Counted from the first letter of the stretch, positions 25,377 to 35,146 are shown. The stretch: DNA of 64,000 nt from Parcubacteria group bacterium Gr01-1014_3 (GCA_007376445.1 VMGF01000003.1:31024-95023); one strand, 5' to 3'. Numbers and translations: made by a program. The notes: generated from the letters alone by a model not told the origin.

Positions 25377-26573
25377 TTATTTAATTATTCCCCCGCCAAG
25401 CATCGTACCTTTCTTATCATAAAAAACTGCCGATTGGCCGGGGGCTACAAATTTCATCGGACGATGAAATTTTAGTTCACCAGTTTTAAGTTTAAAGTTT
25501 AAAGTTAGAACAGCGGGTTGAAGAGGCTGGCGGTAGCGGACGCGGGCGGAAACCGGAATAGCTGTAAGATTGCCGCGGCGCTTTGCGCCTCGCAATGACA
25601 GGGGTTCGAAAAATAAATTAACATCGGTTAATACGACTTCTTTCCGGTAAAGTGCCGGGTTGTCTTCGCCTTCGGCGACGACCACGATATTTTTCTTTAT
25701 ATCTTTACTGGCCACATAAAGCGGCTTGTCGCTACCGCCGACGCCAAGGCCGTGGCGCTGGCCGATCGTATAGAAATGGGCGCCGTGATGCTCTCCTATC
25801 TCGTTGCCGTGAATATCTAGGATTGCTCCCTTCTTCGGCTTAATGTATTTCGCCAAAAAATCCGGCAAAGAAACCTGACCCAAAAAGCAGATGCCCTGCG
25901 AATCCTTTTTCGTGGCATTGTGCAGGCCAAACTTTTCAGCCAGTTTTCGAACCTGCGGCTTTGTGTAATCCCCAACCGGGAACAAACAGTGCTTCAACTG
26001 CTCGGGCTTGAGTGTCCACAAAAAATAAGATTGATCCTTGTTCTTGTCCTTAGCGATCGCTATCATTCTAACTTTCAACTTTGAACTTGGAACTTTTAAC
26101 TCGCGCAGTAGCGCGTAATGCCCCGTCGCCACGAAGTCCGCGCCCATCTCCAGGGCTTTTTTATAAAATAAACCGAATTTAATTTCCTTGTTACACATCA
26201 CATCCGGATTCGGCGTGATCCCTTTTTTATATCCATCCACCATATACTTCACCACTAGGTCTTTATATTCCTGCTCGTAATCAAAAGCGTAAAACGGGAT
26301 ATTCAGATGCTCCGCCGCCCGGCGCGCGTCTTCGGCGTCCTCTGCGGCACAACCATCCACATTGAAACACTTCAAGTGAACTCCCACGACATCGTAGCCT
26401 TCCTTTTTCAGCAATGCCGCGGCTACGGACGAATCAACGCCGCCTGACATACCTACAAACACCCTTCGGCTTGGTTCGGCTACGCTCACCACGAGTCGCT
26501 CAGGGTAAACTATTTTTTGCTTAGAGTTCTTCTTCACGGAATATATTTTACGATAAATTTTCCAAATTGGCAA
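25377..26573 (-). CDS. mnmA: tRNA-specific 2-thiouridylase MnmA, with two in-frame low-complexity insertions
   Basis: VGMSGGVDSSV PP-loop, catalytic Cys region, YFLW motif. Confidence 0.9.
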   Translation of the reverse strand: MPIWKIYRKIYSVKKNSKQKIVYPERLVVSVAEPSRRVFVGMSGGVDSSVAAALLKKEGYDVVGVHLKCFNVDGCAAEDAEDARRAAEHLNIPFYAFDYEQEYKDLVVKYMVDGYKKGITPNPDVMCNKEIKFGLFYKKALEMGADFVATGHYALLRELKVPSSKLKVRMIAIAKDKNKDQSYFLWTLKPEQLKHCLFPVGDYTKPQVRKLAEKFGLHNATKKDSQGICFLGQVSLPDFLAKYIKPKKGAILDIHGNEIGEHHGAHFYTIGQRHGLGVGGSDKPLYVASKDIKKNIVVVAEGEDNPALYRKEVVLTDVNLFFEPLSLRGAKRRGNLTAIPVSARVRYRQPLQPAVLTLNFKLKTGELKFHRPMKFVAPGQSAVFYDKKGTMLGGGIIK

Positions 26574-26590
26574 AATTAAAAACCGCCCCG

Positions 26591-26848
26591 TTATTGGGGC
26601 GGTTCGTGTTGCGTGGCACCAGGAGAGCCCACTTCTGGCTTTCTCTGAATACGTTCTTTCTCGTCTTGCCTACAGAGATCAATCATGACTAATCCGGTAA
26701 CTGGCCCGAATGCAGTCATTAATATCAAAAGCACAAATGACCCTATTGGTTGTTGTCGGAAGGAAGCATGCAGATAACGGCAAAGCCTTCCGGCACACCA
26801 TGCGCCAGTCCACAGCCACCAGGCCAGGGAAATGTAGAGGTAGATCAT
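26591..26848 (-). CDS. small membrane protein
   Basis: ORF, 2 TM; terminator hairpin CCGCCCC-GTTATT-GGGGCGG at its end. Confidence 0.35.
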   Translation of the reverse strand: MIYLYISLAWWLWTGAWCAGRLCRYLHASFRQQPIGSFVLLILMTAFGPVTGLVMIDLCRQDEKERIQRKPEVGSPGATQHEPPQ

Positions 26849-27108
26849 TGTTCCTTCGTGTTCTCGTTGAATGGCCAGATCTTTTTTATGTCCATCACAA
26901 TCAGAAACCAGAAAAGTGACATAATCGCGGCCTGGAGAGTCGAGCCTGTTTGATTATCCCAACGACACTCTAAGCCAAAGCCGACCCGCTTAGCCAGCTC
27001 ATCCTGTTGTTTATAATCGAATCCGATAAGATAAACCGCCATCAGGAAAAAGTTGGTGGTGTAGCCCCACATGAGCCACCACAGCGACTCTGACCAATCC
27101 CAGCCCAT
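26845..27108 (-). CDS. small membrane protein (Trp-rich)
   Basis: ORF, 2 TM, overlapping stop/start with downstream gene. Confidence 0.35.
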   Translation of the reverse strand: MGWDWSESLWWLMWGYTTNFFLMAVYLIGFDYKQQDELAKRVGFGLECRWDNQTGSTLQAAIMSLFWFLIVMDIKKIWPFNENTKEQ

Positions 27109-27204
27109 ATGACCTCCTTTTTAAGTTCTGTGCAAATTATATCATATTAAATATAAATTGTCAAAAGATTGCTTAGCGGCGAACTTTTCGATACACTATT
27201 CCAT

Positions 27205-27780
27205 ATGTCGCTTACTTATAATGAACTCAAACCTGGCGCTGTCTTCATGTATGAGGGTCAGCCGTATGAAGTCTTGGAATTCGAGTTTTTGCGCATGCAA
27301 CAGCGTAAACCAGTGGCGCAGACCAAGATCAAAAACCTAGTGACGGGTAAAATTTTGGAACGAAATTTCCATCAAAACGAAACCTTTGAAGAAGCGGAGA
27401 TCGAAAAGCACCAGATCAAATATATGTATAATAGCCGCGGAGAATACTGGTTCTCCGAGCCGAAGGATTCATCCAAGCGCTTCTCAATAAAAGAAGAGGC
27501 TTTGCCACCGGCGGTTAGATTTTTGAAAACAAATACCGAAGTTACGGCCAACAAGATGGGAGATGAGATCATCAGCGTGCAGGTACCGGTCAAAGTTGAG
27601 TTAATGGTCAAAGAGGCTCCTCCGGGCGGCAAAGGCGATACCGTGACTGGCGGTGATAAGAAAGTGGTGCTGGAAACCGGCGCGGAAGTTACCGTTCCTA
27701 TGTTCGTGAATACTGGGGATATTATCAGGATCAATACCGCGACGGGGCAATATACAGAAAGAGTTGAGAAGTCCAAATAA
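27205..27780 (+). CDS. efp: elongation factor P
   Basis: KOW-like N-domain (VFMYEGQPYEVLEF) and two OB domains. Confidence 0.85.
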   Translation: MSLTYNELKPGAVFMYEGQPYEVLEFEFLRMQQRKPVAQTKIKNLVTGKILERNFHQNETFEEAEIEKHQIKYMYNSRGEYWFSEPKDSSKRFSIKEEALPPAVRFLKTNTEVTANKMGDEIISVQVPVKVELMVKEAPPGGKGDTVTGGDKKVVLETGAEVTVPMFVNTGDIIRINTATGQYTERVEKSK

Positions 27781-27784
27781 AAAA

Positions 27785-27805
27785 CCGCTCAGTGAGCGGT
27801 TTTTT
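27785..27805. terminator. terminator CCGCTCAGTGAGCGG + T-run (bidirectional, shared with tgt)
   Basis: Hairpin and T tract. Confidence 0.7.
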
Positions 27806-29012
27806 ATTTGGACTTGGCTAACTTTTCTCGAATCTTTCGGAATAGATTTTCCATAAACCAAAGGTTATGAGCGGTAGCCAAGATCGGGCCAAGCATCTCC
27901 CCTGCGCGGAAAAGATGAGCCAAATATGAACGGCTATAGTTTTTACAGGTATAGCAGCCGCACTTTTTGTCGATCGGATTTTTGTCTTCCAGATTTTTAG
28001 CGAGTTTTAAATTAAATCTTCCACCCTCCACCAAAGCCGCGCCATTCCTGGCCAGCCGGGTCGGGGCCACGCAATCAAAAGTATCCACGCCGGCCATTAC
28101 GGCTTTTTCTATATCCTCCGGAGAGCCGATGCCCAAAAGATGCCGAGGTTTTTCCTCTGGTAAAAGCGGCATAATCCAGTCCAGGATTTTATACATATCC
28201 GACTTGATCTTGCCCATCGCGCCGCCAATACCCACACCATCAAAACCTAAATTGCCGATTACTTTGGCTGATTCTTTGCGCAGATCCTCAAATACACCAC
28301 CCTGAATCACGCCATATAAAGCCTGCCGCCCAATGGGATTGGGCGAGCCTCGCCCAGAATGGGCGGGCTTTTTGTGTTTGAAAGCTTCCAGACAACGGAC
28401 CGCCCAGCGATGCGTGCGCTTCATAGAGCGCTTGGTATATTCATAGTCGTGAAGCGGAGAGGTGCACTCATCAAAAGCAAAAATTAAATCAGCGCCAAGA
28501 TTTTCCTGAATTTGGATAGATTTTTCCGGGCTGATGAAATGGCTCGAGCCGTCGATATGCGAGCGGAACTCCACGCCCTCCTCGCTGATCTTGGTCAGTT
28601 TCTCTTTTTTAGGAATCGCGTGCTCCGCCTCGCCCTCGCGTAAGACCCCGGTCTTTTCTCCGGGGAAAATATTGGCAACTTTACCCACGCCATGCTCCAG
28701 GGCCGCGCCTAAACTGAATACCTGAAAACCGCCGCTGTCCGTCCAGATCGGCCGGTCCCAATTCATAAACTTATGAAGTCCGCCCATTTTTTTAACTATC
28801 TCATCGCCCGGGCGGAGATAGAGATGATAGGTATTACAAAGCAAAGAATCAGAGCCGATTTCTTTAAGTTGATCCACGGTCAGGCCCTTGATGGCCGCCT
28901 GTGTGCCAACCGGAATAAAAGCCGGCGTATGGATCACTCCATGCGCGGTTTTTATAATGCCTAATCTTGCTCGAGTCCTATTTGATTTTTTAATAATTTG
29001 AAAGATTCCCAT
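27804..29012 (-). CDS. tgt: queuine tRNA-ribosyltransferase
   Basis: ARLGIIKTAHGVIHTPAFIPVGT N-terminus, catalytic Asp region, CCxC...H zinc site. Confidence 0.9.
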   Translation of the reverse strand: MGIFQIIKKSNRTRARLGIIKTAHGVIHTPAFIPVGTQAAIKGLTVDQLKEIGSDSLLCNTYHLYLRPGDEIVKKMGGLHKFMNWDRPIWTDSGGFQVFSLGAALEHGVGKVANIFPGEKTGVLREGEAEHAIPKKEKLTKISEEGVEFRSHIDGSSHFISPEKSIQIQENLGADLIFAFDECTSPLHDYEYTKRSMKRTHRWAVRCLEAFKHKKPAHSGRGSPNPIGRQALYGVIQGGVFEDLRKESAKVIGNLGFDGVGIGGAMGKIKSDMYKILDWIMPLLPEEKPRHLLGIGSPEDIEKAVMAGVDTFDCVAPTRLARNGAALVEGGRFNLKLAKNLEDKNPIDKKCGCYTCKNYSRSYLAHLFRAGEMLGPILATAHNLWFMENLFRKIREKLAKSK

Positions 29013-29015
29013 AGA

Positions 29016-29092
29016 TGTAAATTTTCAATTTTAAATTTTGAAATTTTAATTTAAATTAAAATTTATAATTTCAAATTTTAAATTATTGAGTA
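29016..29092. promoter_or_regulatory. AT-rich palindromic leader element family B copy 1 (contains perfect palindrome AAATTTTAATTTAAATTAAAATTT), directly upstream of tgt
   Basis: Near-identical blocks upstream of rplL (35869-35951) and rnc (46806-46876); no Shine-Dalgarno. Confidence 0.6.
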
Positions 29093-29102
29093 ACAGAAAA
29101 AA

Positions 29103-29651
29103 CTATTTCCTAACCACTACCGGTTTCACTTTGGTTAAATCCACGATCTTGGAACCCTTGGTCTTACGGTTAATACCGGCAAAAATGACCGCGTCAATTA
29201 AGTTGGCCTTTTCGCCGAAAACTTCCTTGTAGGTACGAGGATCACTGATCGGTTTCTGGCCGGCGATATTCGCGCTGGTAGCCACGATCGGTTTATCGAA
29301 ATGCTGGAATAACTTTTTAATTTTAGCATTCTTGGAAATGCGGAAAGCCGCGGATTTCTTTTGGGTAACCAGCGGGGAAAGATTCTTAGCTTTGAAAATA
29401 AAGTTGGTCGGCACCTTCGCGGACTTCACGATCTTCTTCGGCTTATCGGTCACGATCGCGTAGTCCATGAGCATGTTGATATCTTTGACCAGAAGCGGGA
29501 AAGACTTGCCGATCGGGCGATTTTTAATGCGATAAACCTTCAAAACTGCCACTGGATTGGTGGCATCACAAAATAGGCCATAAACGGTCTCGGTTGGGTG
29601 AATAACTACCCCTCCGGCGTTCAAAATTTGAGCAATTTTAGAGGCATCCAT
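29103..29651 (-). CDS. tsaC: L-threonylcarbamoyladenylate synthase (TsaC/YrdC)
   Basis: HPTETVYGL motif, YrdC fold length. Confidence 0.85.
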   Translation of the reverse strand: MDASKIAQILNAGGVVIHPTETVYGLFCDATNPVAVLKVYRIKNRPIGKSFPLLVKDINMLMDYAIVTDKPKKIVKSAKVPTNFIFKAKNLSPLVTQKKSAAFRISKNAKIKKLFQHFDKPIVATSANIAGQKPISDPRTYKEVFGEKANLIDAVIFAGINRKTKGSKIVDLTKVKPVVVRK

Positions 29652-29705
29652 AGTATTCGCATATTATACTAAAAAACCGCCCCTTTGTAAAGGGACGGTT
29701 AAATA

Positions 29706-30191
29706 TTAATCAAGCATCTTAGCAGTAACCAAATTATAGAGAGCGTGGGCAAAAGTCGTGATGACCAACGCTCGCAGCTGGAAAATCCGGCTACGGTAGC
29801 TGTCCACCGAGCAAGCTTTGATAAAGAACAAGCAGAGAATAAATCCGCCACAACCCTGGAGAAGAATATTGTAGGTATGTCCATGCCCGAGGCCGAACGC
29901 GACCGAGGCAATCGCGGACATCAACAGCAGAACCGGAATATAAATCTTTTTCCAGAAAAAGATTAACGGACCAAGAGGTAGCAGACGGAATGACAATTCT
30001 TCTTTGAAAGCGGAGGTGACTAGATCTATGATGCCAAAACCGTGGCCTTGAATTTTCGCGAACACACCGGCATAGTCCAGCATAGCCAAGGCCAGGAAGG
30101 ACCATCCAGATATTGCCAGCCAGGCGTTTATCGACAAAAAGAAGCTGGCCTCAAAATTTGCCGGCTCAGTACGCAACCAATGTTTCAGCAA
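29706..30191 (-). CDS. CPBP family intramembrane metalloprotease (CAAX protease-like, short)
   Basis: FGLGHG and FAHALYN motifs typical of CPBP/Abi. Confidence 0.55.
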   Translation of the reverse strand: MLKHWLRTEPANFEASFFLSINAWLAISGWSFLALAMLDYAGVFAKIQGHGFGIIDLVTSAFKEELSFRLLPLGPLIFFWKKIYIPVLLLMSAIASVAFGLGHGHTYNILLQGCGGFILCLFFIKACSVDSYRSRIFQLRALVITTFAHALYNLVTAKMLD

Positions 30192-30292
30192 AAACCAACA
30201 CTAGCCAACATATCGCTGTGCGTTCCGAATGTATCGGCCCACGACTCACCTCTCTTTTTAAAGTACTAAATAATTATAACCAATTTATCCGG

Positions 30293-30364
30293 TGGTCTCA
30301 ACGGGAATCGAACCCGTGTTTTTGCCGTGAGAGGGCAACGTCCTAGCCGCTAGACGATAAGACC
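30293..30364 (-). tRNA. tRNA-Glu (anticodon CTC)
   Basis: GGTCTTA..GTCTAGCGGCTAGGAC..TTGCC-CTCTCAC-GGCAA..ACGGGTTCGATTCCCGT..TGAGACC; TATAAT -10 at 30376-30381 with TTGAAG -35. Confidence 0.75.
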
Positions 30365-30381
30365 ATTACTCGCGTATTATA

Positions 30382-31614
30382 CTAAATTTGCTGGATTTCT
30401 TCAACGATCTTATCCAGCTGAATTCCGTGGGAAGCTTTAACCAAAACCATATCCCCTTTCTTGATCAACTGCTGAACAGCGAGCTTAGCTTCATCGGCTG
30501 TTTCATACATATGAATACTCTTCTTTGGAAGTCCGGCTTTATGAGCGGCTTCGGCAATAAACTTTGCCCTAGCTCCAACCGTCACTAAAATATCAAAAAC
30601 TTTCGCCGACAACCGGCCGATCATCTCGTGCGCTTCGATGGTGTATTTACCAATTTCCAACATATCTCCCAGCACACCGATCCTGCGCGTGGCCCGGAGA
30701 GATTTCGCTGTTTCAATCGCCGCGCGCATGGAAAGGGGCGAGGCGTTATAGGTGTCGTCAATTACATATGAACCCTTCACGCCCGGGATCATCTTCATCC
30801 GATGCGCTGGCGCTTGATAGTAGCTCAAAGCTTCGGCTACCCGCACCAGATTCATTCCGAAAGACAGGCCGACTGCCGCCGCGGCGGCGGCGGCATAACC
30901 CTGGGTTTTGCCAAAAACACCCTCCATCCGGACCGGCACAAAGTTGCTTCCATGCTCAAGCTTGAAGGTGATGCCGAGCGGTCGGCGATTCTCGCTGCGA
31001 TTTTCAAAGTTAGTAATCCGTACCTGCGCCCCGTCGCCATATCCATAAGTCACCACATTAGCGCGAGTCCGGTCTTTCATATCAAAAACCGCCTCATCGT
31101 CATAATTCAAAACAGCGAATCCAATCGTCGGCAAAGTTTCCACTAAACGAGACTTCTCCCGAGCCACCGCGTCCGGACCGCTGTAATACTCCACGTGCGT
31201 CGGAATATCTCCTATGGCCGTCACCACGCTAATCTGTGGTTTTACGATCTCCAATAAATACTTAATATCCCCCGGCCGGTCGGCGGCGTACTCCAAGATC
31301 AATATCTCCGGATAGGTACCGGAAAACATCAGCCGTAAAAATGACCGGCAGATCACCTTGATCCAAAAAATAAGACCACCAGTCTGATCCCAATCACCCA
31401 AAACCGTGAGCGGAAGCCCGATCTCATTATTGAAATTACCACTGGAAGCCCGCACCCGGCGGATACTTCGCATCACCGCCAATATCGCCTCTTTAGTGGA
31501 GGTCTTGCCAACGCTTCCGGTTATGCCAATCACGCCCGGCTGATATTTCTTCACCGTCCAGATCGCTAGAGTACGCAATATCCATTTTAAAAATTTTAAT
31601 TTAAGCGCTTTCAT
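30382..31614 (-). CDS. murF: UDP-N-acetylmuramoyl-tripeptide--D-alanyl-D-alanine ligase
   Basis: GITGSVGKTSTKE Mur ligase P-loop; position in mraZ cluster. Confidence 0.85.
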   Translation of the reverse strand: MKALKLKFLKWILRTLAIWTVKKYQPGVIGITGSVGKTSTKEAILAVMRSIRRVRASSGNFNNEIGLPLTVLGDWDQTGGLIFWIKVICRSFLRLMFSGTYPEILILEYAADRPGDIKYLLEIVKPQISVVTAIGDIPTHVEYYSGPDAVAREKSRLVETLPTIGFAVLNYDDEAVFDMKDRTRANVVTYGYGDGAQVRITNFENRSENRRPLGITFKLEHGSNFVPVRMEGVFGKTQGYAAAAAAAVGLSFGMNLVRVAEALSYYQAPAHRMKMIPGVKGSYVIDDTYNASPLSMRAAIETAKSLRATRRIGVLGDMLEIGKYTIEAHEMIGRLSAKVFDILVTVGARAKFIAEAAHKAGLPKKSIHMYETADEAKLAVQQLIKKGDMVLVKASHGIQLDKIVEEIQQI

Positions 31615-31617
31615 ATT

Positions 31618-33201
31618 TTATTGGGCAATCGGAACATCCGGCGGAATATTGTAATAGTTTAAAATAAACTGGGCCAATTCACGAAACGCGGGAACTACGG
31701 TCGCGCCGGCTAATCTAGCCTGCGGCTTATCAACTTTGATCAGCACGGTGAATTTCGGATCAGTAGCAGGGGCAAAACCGACATATGTGTGTATAAAATT
31801 ATCGCCATAACCGCCTTTTATCAAATCTGCGACCTGAGCAGTTCCGGTTTTCCCGGCTATTCGATAATTTGGAATGTGCGCGATCTCCGCTTTGTCCACC
31901 GCCGAGATCATCATATTTGTCACCTGATGGGCAGTCTCCGCGCTGATAACATTCTCCATGGCTAGCGGCATTTCATCCTGGTTCAGATATGGCCGCATCC
32001 GGATACCATCGTTAGCGATCGCGGAGATCGCGGAGATAAGCTGGATCGGAGTCACGGCCACGCCCTGACCGAAAGAAGCGGTAGCGAAGTTAATGTCCCG
32101 AGAACTAGTTTTTAAGTTCCTTAAATTACCAGAAATTTCACCTGGCAGTTTAATGCCAGTCGGCTCGTCAAGGCCGAATTTCAAAAGATAATTATAAAAA
32201 ATATCATGGCCCGTCGTCCGTTCCGCGAAGGCCGCGCCGGTGTTCACGGATTCTTCGATAACACCCGTCATCGTAAGCTTACCGTGAGCCTTCAAATCCC
32301 AGTTCCTGATAGTTTTTCCGTTTACGATCAACGAGCCGGAATCATAAAAGGTTGTGTCCGGAGTGATCTTGCCGCTATCAATACCCGCCGACATCGTGAT
32401 CACCTTGAAGACCGAGCCAGGCTCGTACAGGCTCTGAATATTCGGATTTAAAAAGGTTTTAATATTTGATTTGGAATAGTTATTCGGATCAAAATTCGGG
32501 TAGCTCCCCATCGCTAAGATCTTACCGGTGCGTGGATCTTGCACGATCACGCTTCCGCTCGGCGCGTTGAATTTTTTGATAGTATCCTCCAGAACTTTTT
32601 CCGCCTGCGATTGGATATTGCGATCGATGGTTAAGTGAATATCGTCATCTTGCAACTTCTGATTGTAGTAAGACTCCAAGCCATAGCGGCCGCCAATGCC
32701 GTCATTTTTGTCACTAGATCCCACGAATCCCAAAAGCTGGGCGGCTAAATTTTCAAAAGGATAAAAGCGGAACATCTCGGACTCGATATGGATTCCTCGA
32801 ATGCCCAATTCCTTAATTTTCTCAACCTGGGTATCGGTGGCCTTAGCTTCTAATAGCGCGTATTGGCTATTGGGTTTAGATAAAATGGTTTGTAACTTTC
32901 CAACTTCAATCCCTAAAACTGGAGACAGCGCGGTGGCGGCTTCGGCCGCGTCATCAATTTCTATTGGCACGCCGTAGATCACCGGATATTCCTTGTTGAG
33001 GGCCACTGGAATCTCGTTGCCATTGCGATCAGTAAAATAAATTCCCCGGCGTTCGGGGTTCAGTATGCTGCCCAAGTTTCCCCGGGCCGCGGCTTTTGCT
33101 AAATAGTATCCGGTCTTATCGATCTGAAGATCATACATATTAAAAGCCAGCGCGGAATAGCTGACGATGATCAGGCCGATAATTATCCAGTACCTAAACA
33201 T
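31618..33201 (-). CDS. ftsI: penicillin-binding protein 2 / FtsI transpeptidase
   Basis: Membrane anchor, dimerisation domain, transpeptidase motifs SxxK (SVFK), SxN, KTG(T). Confidence 0.85.
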   Translation of the reverse strand: MFRYWIIIGLIIVSYSALAFNMYDLQIDKTGYYLAKAAARGNLGSILNPERRGIYFTDRNGNEIPVALNKEYPVIYGVPIEIDDAAEAATALSPVLGIEVGKLQTILSKPNSQYALLEAKATDTQVEKIKELGIRGIHIESEMFRFYPFENLAAQLLGFVGSSDKNDGIGGRYGLESYYNQKLQDDDIHLTIDRNIQSQAEKVLEDTIKKFNAPSGSVIVQDPRTGKILAMGSYPNFDPNNYSKSNIKTFLNPNIQSLYEPGSVFKVITMSAGIDSGKITPDTTFYDSGSLIVNGKTIRNWDLKAHGKLTMTGVIEESVNTGAAFAERTTGHDIFYNYLLKFGLDEPTGIKLPGEISGNLRNLKTSSRDINFATASFGQGVAVTPIQLISAISAIANDGIRMRPYLNQDEMPLAMENVISAETAHQVTNMMISAVDKAEIAHIPNYRIAGKTGTAQVADLIKGGYGDNFIHTYVGFAPATDPKFTVLIKVDKPQARLAGATVVPAFRELAQFILNYYNIPPDVPIAQ

Positions 33202-33491
33202 TAATTTCTGGCTAGATAATCTGGTCGACGTTCTTTAACCAATCCCAGCTTGCTAACTAAAAGGTCCGCGTCCTCAAGGTCTAGCAGGCTGTAAACCTGA
33301 TTTTTGAGCGACGCGTTCTTAGTCCGAATTTCTTCCACCGCCTCCTGCTGTTTAGCGATCAAATGATCCAAGCTCACGCTCTGGCTATAAGCAATGATGC
33401 TAAATACCGCTTCAGCGAGGAAAAGGACGGCGAAAAAGGCCGCAAAGAGATTGATCCTGAATTTTTGTTTATTTGGTTCGATGAATGTCAT
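33201..33491 (-). CDS. ftsL: cell division protein FtsL-like
   Basis: Small bitopic coiled-coil protein between rsmH and ftsI. Confidence 0.5.
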   Translation of the reverse strand: MTFIEPNKQKFRINLFAAFFAVLFLAEAVFSIIAYSQSVSLDHLIAKQQEAVEEIRTKNASLKNQVYSLLDLEDADLLVSKLGLVKERRPDYLARN

Positions 33492-33492
33492 T

Positions 33493-34383
33493 TTAGATAA
33501 GCTGTGCCGCCCGTAACTTAGCCGAGCGCGACCTTGGGTTGGTCATAATTTCTGGGTTGGTGGCAATAATGGGTTTTTTTGTCAGGGTTTTCAGTTTCCC
33601 GGATTTTTCGAGGTCACGGAAAGAGTTTTTAACGATCCGGTCTTCCAGGGAATGGAAAGAGATAATGGCGACCCGGGCGCCTGGCTTCAGGATTGTTTCC
33701 AGATTATTTAAAGCTTGCTGTAGATTCTCTAATTCCCGGTTGGCGTAGATGCGGAGCGCCTGGAATGTCCTGGTGGCCGGATGAATACGCCCGCGTTCGT
33801 AGTTTTCCGGAACTGCCGCCTTAACTATTTCGGCCAGCTGCTTGGTAGTCTCGATAGATTTCTTTCTGCCCGCCGCTTTAATGGCCTTGGCAATCTTTGG
33901 CGCGTAACTCTCTTCGCCAAACTCGCTGATGATTTTCGTAAGCTCGGCCTCGGAAAGTTCTTTTAAAATTTCTTGGACTGATTTTGAAGTGGCGCTATAA
34001 GTCATGATCAGCGGCTCGTCGGACTGGAAGCTGAATCCCCTGCCTCCGCCGATCTGTTCGGAAGAAAATCCCAGATCCAAAATCAACCCATCGGCTTTGT
34101 GTAATTTTTTACTTTCCAAAATCGCCGGAAGGTCGGCGTAATTCTCGCCGGTCTTTTCCCAGTCTATTCCCAATACATGCCCGGTGAGACCAACTTTTTC
34201 CCGCAGTGCCGCGGTGTGGCCCTCAGCTCCGGCTGTGCCGTCAATAAAAAATTCTCCCGGCTTCGGATCCAGAACTTTAATAACCTCGTCGAGCAGAACT
34301 GGAACATGTTTAGAATTAGGAATCATGAATAAGGAATTATGGTTGATTAGTTTTATTTGTTTGGGGTGATTTTGAAAATTCAT
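33493..34383 (-). CDS. rsmH: 16S rRNA (cytosine1402-N4)-methyltransferase
   Basis: MraW family SAM-binding motifs (DGTAGAEGH). Confidence 0.9.
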   Translation of the reverse strand: MNFQNHPKQIKLINHNSLFMIPNSKHVPVLLDEVIKVLDPKPGEFFIDGTAGAEGHTAALREKVGLTGHVLGIDWEKTGENYADLPAILESKKLHKADGLILDLGFSSEQIGGGRGFSFQSDEPLIMTYSATSKSVQEILKELSEAELTKIISEFGEESYAPKIAKAIKAAGRKKSIETTKQLAEIVKAAVPENYERGRIHPATRTFQALRIYANRELENLQQALNNLETILKPGARVAIISFHSLEDRIVKNSFRDLEKSGKLKTLTKKPIIATNPEIMTNPRSRSAKLRAAQLI

Positions 34384-34394
34384 AATTCTTGATT

Positions 34395-34826
34395 CTAAAT
34401 TCCTAATTCTCCGAGCTTCTCAGCGATATCGTCGGATGAAGCTTCGGTTTTTGATTTGTAAGATTTCCAACTTGCCTCATCCCAGATTTCGATTCGGTCA
34501 TACAGACCCGCGAAGATTGCCTGTTTTTTTAAAGACGCGTAGTTTCTCAAGTATTCTGGAATTAAAATTCTTCCCTGATTATCAAACTCAACTTCGCTCG
34601 CGCCCGCGAGCATCAAACGAGCGAATGCCCGAGAATCGGATTTCATAAAAGACATGCCGGCAATTTTGGCGGTTAATTTTTCCCAGCTTTCTTTTGTAAA
34701 TACAAACAAGCAGTGATCCAATCCGCGCGCGATAATTGCTCCATCGCCAAGCTGCGGCCGAAATTTAGCCGGTAAAGCTACGCGTCCTTTATTGTCTAAA
34801 CTATGTGTATATTCGCCGATGAACAT
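34395..34826 (-). CDS. mraZ: transcriptional regulator MraZ
   Basis: Duplicated DxxxR motifs, MFIGEYTHSLDNKGRVALP. Confidence 0.9.
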   Translation of the reverse strand: MFIGEYTHSLDNKGRVALPAKFRPQLGDGAIIARGLDHCLFVFTKESWEKLTAKIAGMSFMKSDSRAFARLMLAGASEVEFDNQGRILIPEYLRNYASLKKQAIFAGLYDRIEIWDEASWKSYKSKTEASSDDIAEKLGELGI

Positions 34827-35033
34827 TTGAGCTTATTATTTTAAAAGTTATCCCCAGAAACGGCTGTTATCCCCACCTTTATCCACCTTTCACCACTTAA
34901 CATCAATATACCCCACTCCTCCTCTTAAGGTAAAGCTGAAGTTGTGGATAATTCCCCACACTTAAAATAGGCTTAAATTTAGCGGGTTGACCGCTTTAAA
35001 TTAGCCGTGTAAATTGCTTATAAGTTCGATCGG

Positions 35034-35105
35034 GGGCATTTAGCTCAGTGGTAGAGCGTTCCGTTCACATCGGAAAGGTCACAGGTTCGATCCCTGTAAT
35101 GCCCA
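35034..35105 (+). tRNA. tRNA-Val (anticodon CAC)
   Basis: GGGCATT..GCTCAGTGGTAGAGC..TTCCG-TTCACAT-CGGAA..ACAGGTTCGATCCCTGT..AATGCCC-A; TTGACC-17-TAAATT promoter at 34987-35015. Confidence 0.8.
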
Positions 35106-35146
35106 CAAAAAATAAAAAAACCACCCCGCTTAGGGTGGTGTGAGTT

